From Alphaproteobacteria bacterium (GTDB lineage Bacteria > Pseudomonadota > Alphaproteobacteria > Bin95), in contig CBDBGH010000003.1 of NCBI GenBank assembly GCA_965205265.1, positions 448,001-512,000 on the forward strand: a DNA stretch of 64,000 nt, written 5' to 3'. The notes below the pieces were generated by a model. The model did not search any database. It was not told where the DNA came from and was given only the letters and a program-made list of their open reading frames with translations. Made by a program: the position numbers and the translations under genes. Below, piece by piece: positions 61,827-64,000 of this stretch. How positions within the stretch are numbered: position 1 is the stretch's first letter; each line of letters starts with the position of its first letter.

Positions 61827-62285
61827 TCACTTGCCGTTCGCCTTCTTCCAGGCGGCGATTTCCGCCTTCAGCTCATCGTATTCCTCGCAGCCGAGCAGGC
61901 ATATGCGGTCCAGCTCCGCCAGGTGCTTCTCCGCGCCCGCAAGGTCTCCGAGCTGCAGGCGGAGTTCGCCCGCATATTCATGCGCGCCCTTGTGGTCGGG
62001 GTCGAGGAAGAGCGCGCGGGCATAGGCCTTCTGCGCCTGTTTGTAGCGGCCGAGCTCGCGGTTGGCGTAGCCGAGCCAGTTGAAGGCGTCGGCGCTGGTG
62101 CGGTTCTTCTCGATATGGACCTCCAGGTCGGCGACCGCTTCCTCGTATTTGCCGGCCTCGATCTTCTTCTCAATGGCGGCCAGCGGGCCGGACTTGTCCC
62201 CGTTGCCGCCGCTGCCGCTGCCGAGAGCGAAGGCCGTTCCCGCCATGCACAGCATCGCGGCCGCCAGTGCCCATCTGCCCAACAT
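61827..62285 (-). CDS. Exported tetratricopeptide repeat protein
   Basis: Signal peptide; ADAFNWLGYA.R, HKGAHEYAGE, C-terminal C-x3-C; GGAG RBS. Confidence 0.85.
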   Translation of the reverse strand: MLGRWALAAAMLCMAGTAFALGSGSGGNGDKSGPLAAIEKKIEAGKYEEAVADLEVHIEKNRTSADAFNWLGYANRELGRYKQAQKAYARALFLDPDHKGAHEYAGELRLQLGDLAGAEKHLAELDRICLLGCEEYDELKAEIAAWKKANGK

Positions 62286-62393
62286 GCGCCTTCTCCCCGG
62301 ATGTGCCATCCTTCTGCGATCTAGAGTTAGGCGGCCGGCGGCCCCGCATCAAGCGGCGTGTTGGCCGGCCCCGGAACGAAGGGGGGATGGCGG

Positions 62394-63533
62394 ATGCCGC
62401 TCTCAGGCGTGCGCGTCGTCGAACTCGCGCAGATCATCGCCGGCCCCGTCGTCGGGCAGGTGCTGGCGGAGCTGGGCGCCGACGTCATCAAGGTCGAGCG
62501 CCCCGAGGGTGACGAGTCGCGCCGCTGGACGCCGCCGGTCTGGTTCGGCGCAGCACCCACCTTCCACGGCGTCAACCGCTCCAAGCGGTCCGTGTCGCTG
62601 GACCTGATGACGGAGGATGGCCGCGCGGGGCTGCTGAAGCTGGTGCGCGGCGCCGATGTGTTCGTGCAGAACCTCCGGCCCGGCGTCACGGCGAAGCTCG
62701 GCCTCGGCCCGGCGGACCTGCTGCGCGAGAACCCGCGGCTGGTCTATTGCGACATGGGCGCCTTCGGCCACAAGGGGCCGAAGCGGCTCGACCCCGGCTT
62801 CGAGGTCCTGTTCCAGGCGTTCTCCGGGCTGATGGACAATACGGGCGACCCGGACGGGCAGCCGATGCGCCTGGGGGCGGCGGTCTGCGACCTCGGCACC
62901 GGCCTCTGGACGGCGCTCGGCGCGCTGGCGGGCCTGCGCCAGCGGGAGACGACGGGCAAGGGCGTCGTCGTCAACACCTCGCTGCTCGAAACGGCGATGT
63001 TCCTGCTGACCACGCAATTCGTCTCCCACAAGGCGACCGGAAAGCGGCCCGTGCGCCACCCGACCGGCAGCCCCCGCGTGGTCGTGTTCGAGGCGTTCGA
63101 CGCCGCCGACGGGCGCATCCTGATTACCGCAGCGACGGACCGGCTCTTCAAGCGGCTCGGGCTGGCGCTCGGCCGCAGCGACTGGGCCGAGAGCCCGGCA
63201 TTCGAGGGCAATGCCGCGCGCATGGCGCGGCACGGCGAGATCGTGCGCGACCTCCGGGCGGTGCTGGCGGCGGGCCGCGTGCGGGAATGGATGGAGGTCT
63301 TCGAGGCTGCGGGCGTTCCGGCCTCGCCCATCAACAATCTGGCGGACGCGCTCGAGGAGCCGCAGGTGCGGGCGCTCGACATGGTCGTCGATGTGCCGGA
63401 GCGCGACGGCATGCAGGCGCTGGCGCTGCCGATCTCCTTCGACAGCCGGCGCCCGGCGATCCGCGCGCCGGCGCCCGGCCTCGGCGCGGACAACGCGCTC
63501 CTGGACCTCGACGACCCCTGGTCCGGCGCTTGA
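62394..63533 (+). CDS. CaiB/BaiF family CoA-transferase
   Basis: LSGVRVVELAQIIAGP, GADVIKVE, NRSKRS, QNLRPG. Confidence 0.92.
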   Translation: MPLSGVRVVELAQIIAGPVVGQVLAELGADVIKVERPEGDESRRWTPPVWFGAAPTFHGVNRSKRSVSLDLMTEDGRAGLLKLVRGADVFVQNLRPGVTAKLGLGPADLLRENPRLVYCDMGAFGHKGPKRLDPGFEVLFQAFSGLMDNTGDPDGQPMRLGAAVCDLGTGLWTALGALAGLRQRETTGKGVVVNTSLLETAMFLLTTQFVSHKATGKRPVRHPTGSPRVVVFEAFDAADGRILITAATDRLFKRLGLALGRSDWAESPAFEGNAARMARHGEIVRDLRAVLAAGRVREWMEVFEAAGVPASPINNLADALEEPQVRALDMVVDVPERDGMQALALPISFDSRRPAIRAPAPGLGADNALLDLDDPWSGA

Positions 63534-63570
63534 CAGCGGCGGGAGGCGAGCCTAGACGACCCGTCTTTCC

Positions 63571-63645
63571 GGGCGCGTAGCTCAGCGGGAGAGCACTGTC
63601 TTCACACGGCAGGGGTCGCTGGTTCAAACCCAGCCGCGCCCACCA
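63571..63645 (+). tRNA. tRNA-Val (anticodon CAC)
   Basis: GGGCGCG/CGCGCCC acceptor stem, anticodon arm CTGTC-TTCACAC-GGCAG, GGTTCAAA T-loop, encoded CCA. Confidence 0.97.
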
Positions 63646-63671
63646 TCCACCCTGTTGCAGGACCCGGACCC

Positions 63672-63827
63672 ATGCGCAAACGGAGGCCGCCGCCGAAACG
63701 GCGCAACCCGATGGCCCGCATGGTGCGCACCCTGCGCCCGCAACGGGTCCGGAACCGCAAGGCCTACACACGCAAGGGGCGCCGCAAGGCGCCCGGTTTC
63801 GTTCCGGACCCCGCCGCGCCGGAGTGA
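63672..63827 (+). CDS. 51-aa basic peptide resembling ribosome-rescue factor ArfA (below the ORF-track size cutoff)
   Basis: MRKRRPPPKRRNPMARMVRTLRPQRVRNRKAYTRKGRRKAPGFVPDPAAPE. Confidence 0.55.
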   Translation: MRKRRPPPKRRNPMARMVRTLRPQRVRNRKAYTRKGRRKAPGFVPDPAAPE

Positions 63828-63896
63828 CGATGCGGCGCGTCTCTGCGGCGTTCGGGGCGTAGCGCCGGCGCCTGCTTTGGGCCAGTCTGCCGGGTC

Positions 63897-64000
63897 ATGG
63901 ACCTGCATCTCTTCATCGGCAACGAGCATCCCCCCGACGCCGATATGGGCGGGAAGATGGCTGAGCATGTCGAGCAGTTGCGCCTCGCCCGCCAGGGCGG
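63897..64000 (+). CDS. N-terminus of a probable LLM class oxidoreductase (runs off the window)
   Basis: MDLHLFIGNEHPPDADMGGKMAEHVEQLRLARQG resembles LLM starts. Confidence 0.55.
   Translation, partial: MDLHLFIGNEHPPDADMGGKMAEHVEQLRLARQG

Noticed and set aside
63624-63968. 114-aa minus-strand ORF
   Set aside because: Runs antisense into the tRNA and overlaps two better-supported plus-strand ORFs.
63571-64000. tRNA-anchored genomic island
   Set aside because: No integrase or duplicated tRNA 3' end in the window; only 355 bp are visible downstream.

Overview
A ~70% GC chromosomal segment of an alphaproteobacterium; the taxon is inferred from the 6S RNA type, coq7, gene order and CGTC-type REP repeats. 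Core blocks are ftsH-tilS-cpoB-pal-tolBARQ-ybgC-ruvBAC-yebC-ymdB-ygfA-ssrS-zapA, tkt-gap, yqaA-dsbB-coq7, prs-rplY-pth-ychF, hisI, ppk2-recX, ald, hslVU, metY and tRNA-Val(CAC). They are interleaved with catabolic genes (4 luciferase-like monooxygenases, 2 TauD dioxygenases, amidase, amidohydrolase, epoxide hydrolase, CoA enzymes, a Mo-bisPGD reductase), four type II toxin-antitoxin pairs (PrlF-YhaV, RES-type, BrnTA, HigBA) and several REP-like palindromes. No CRISPR array, prophage or intact transposase was seen. Most notable: (1) a two-copy, possibly three-copy, 0.5-0.6 kb intergenic cassette with a promoter-like 5' end, a conserved structured GC-rich leader, an unrelated middle and a conserved end of three CATGAC motifs spaced exactly 10 bp apart; the putative third copy leads into a stand-alone IS630-type HTH gene; (2) an unannotated 51-aa ArfA-like basic peptide after tRNA-Val with an intragenic GNRA hairpin; (3) a NitT/TauT ABC transporter coupled to a split class I fumarase/tartrate-dehydratase-like Fe-S hydro-lyase with altered catalytic motifs; (4) a RES toxin module directly upstream of prs; (5) a Tat-exported His-motif protein flanked by a decayed duplicate of the neighbouring permease 3' end. 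All calls come from visual motif recognition; no database searches were run.
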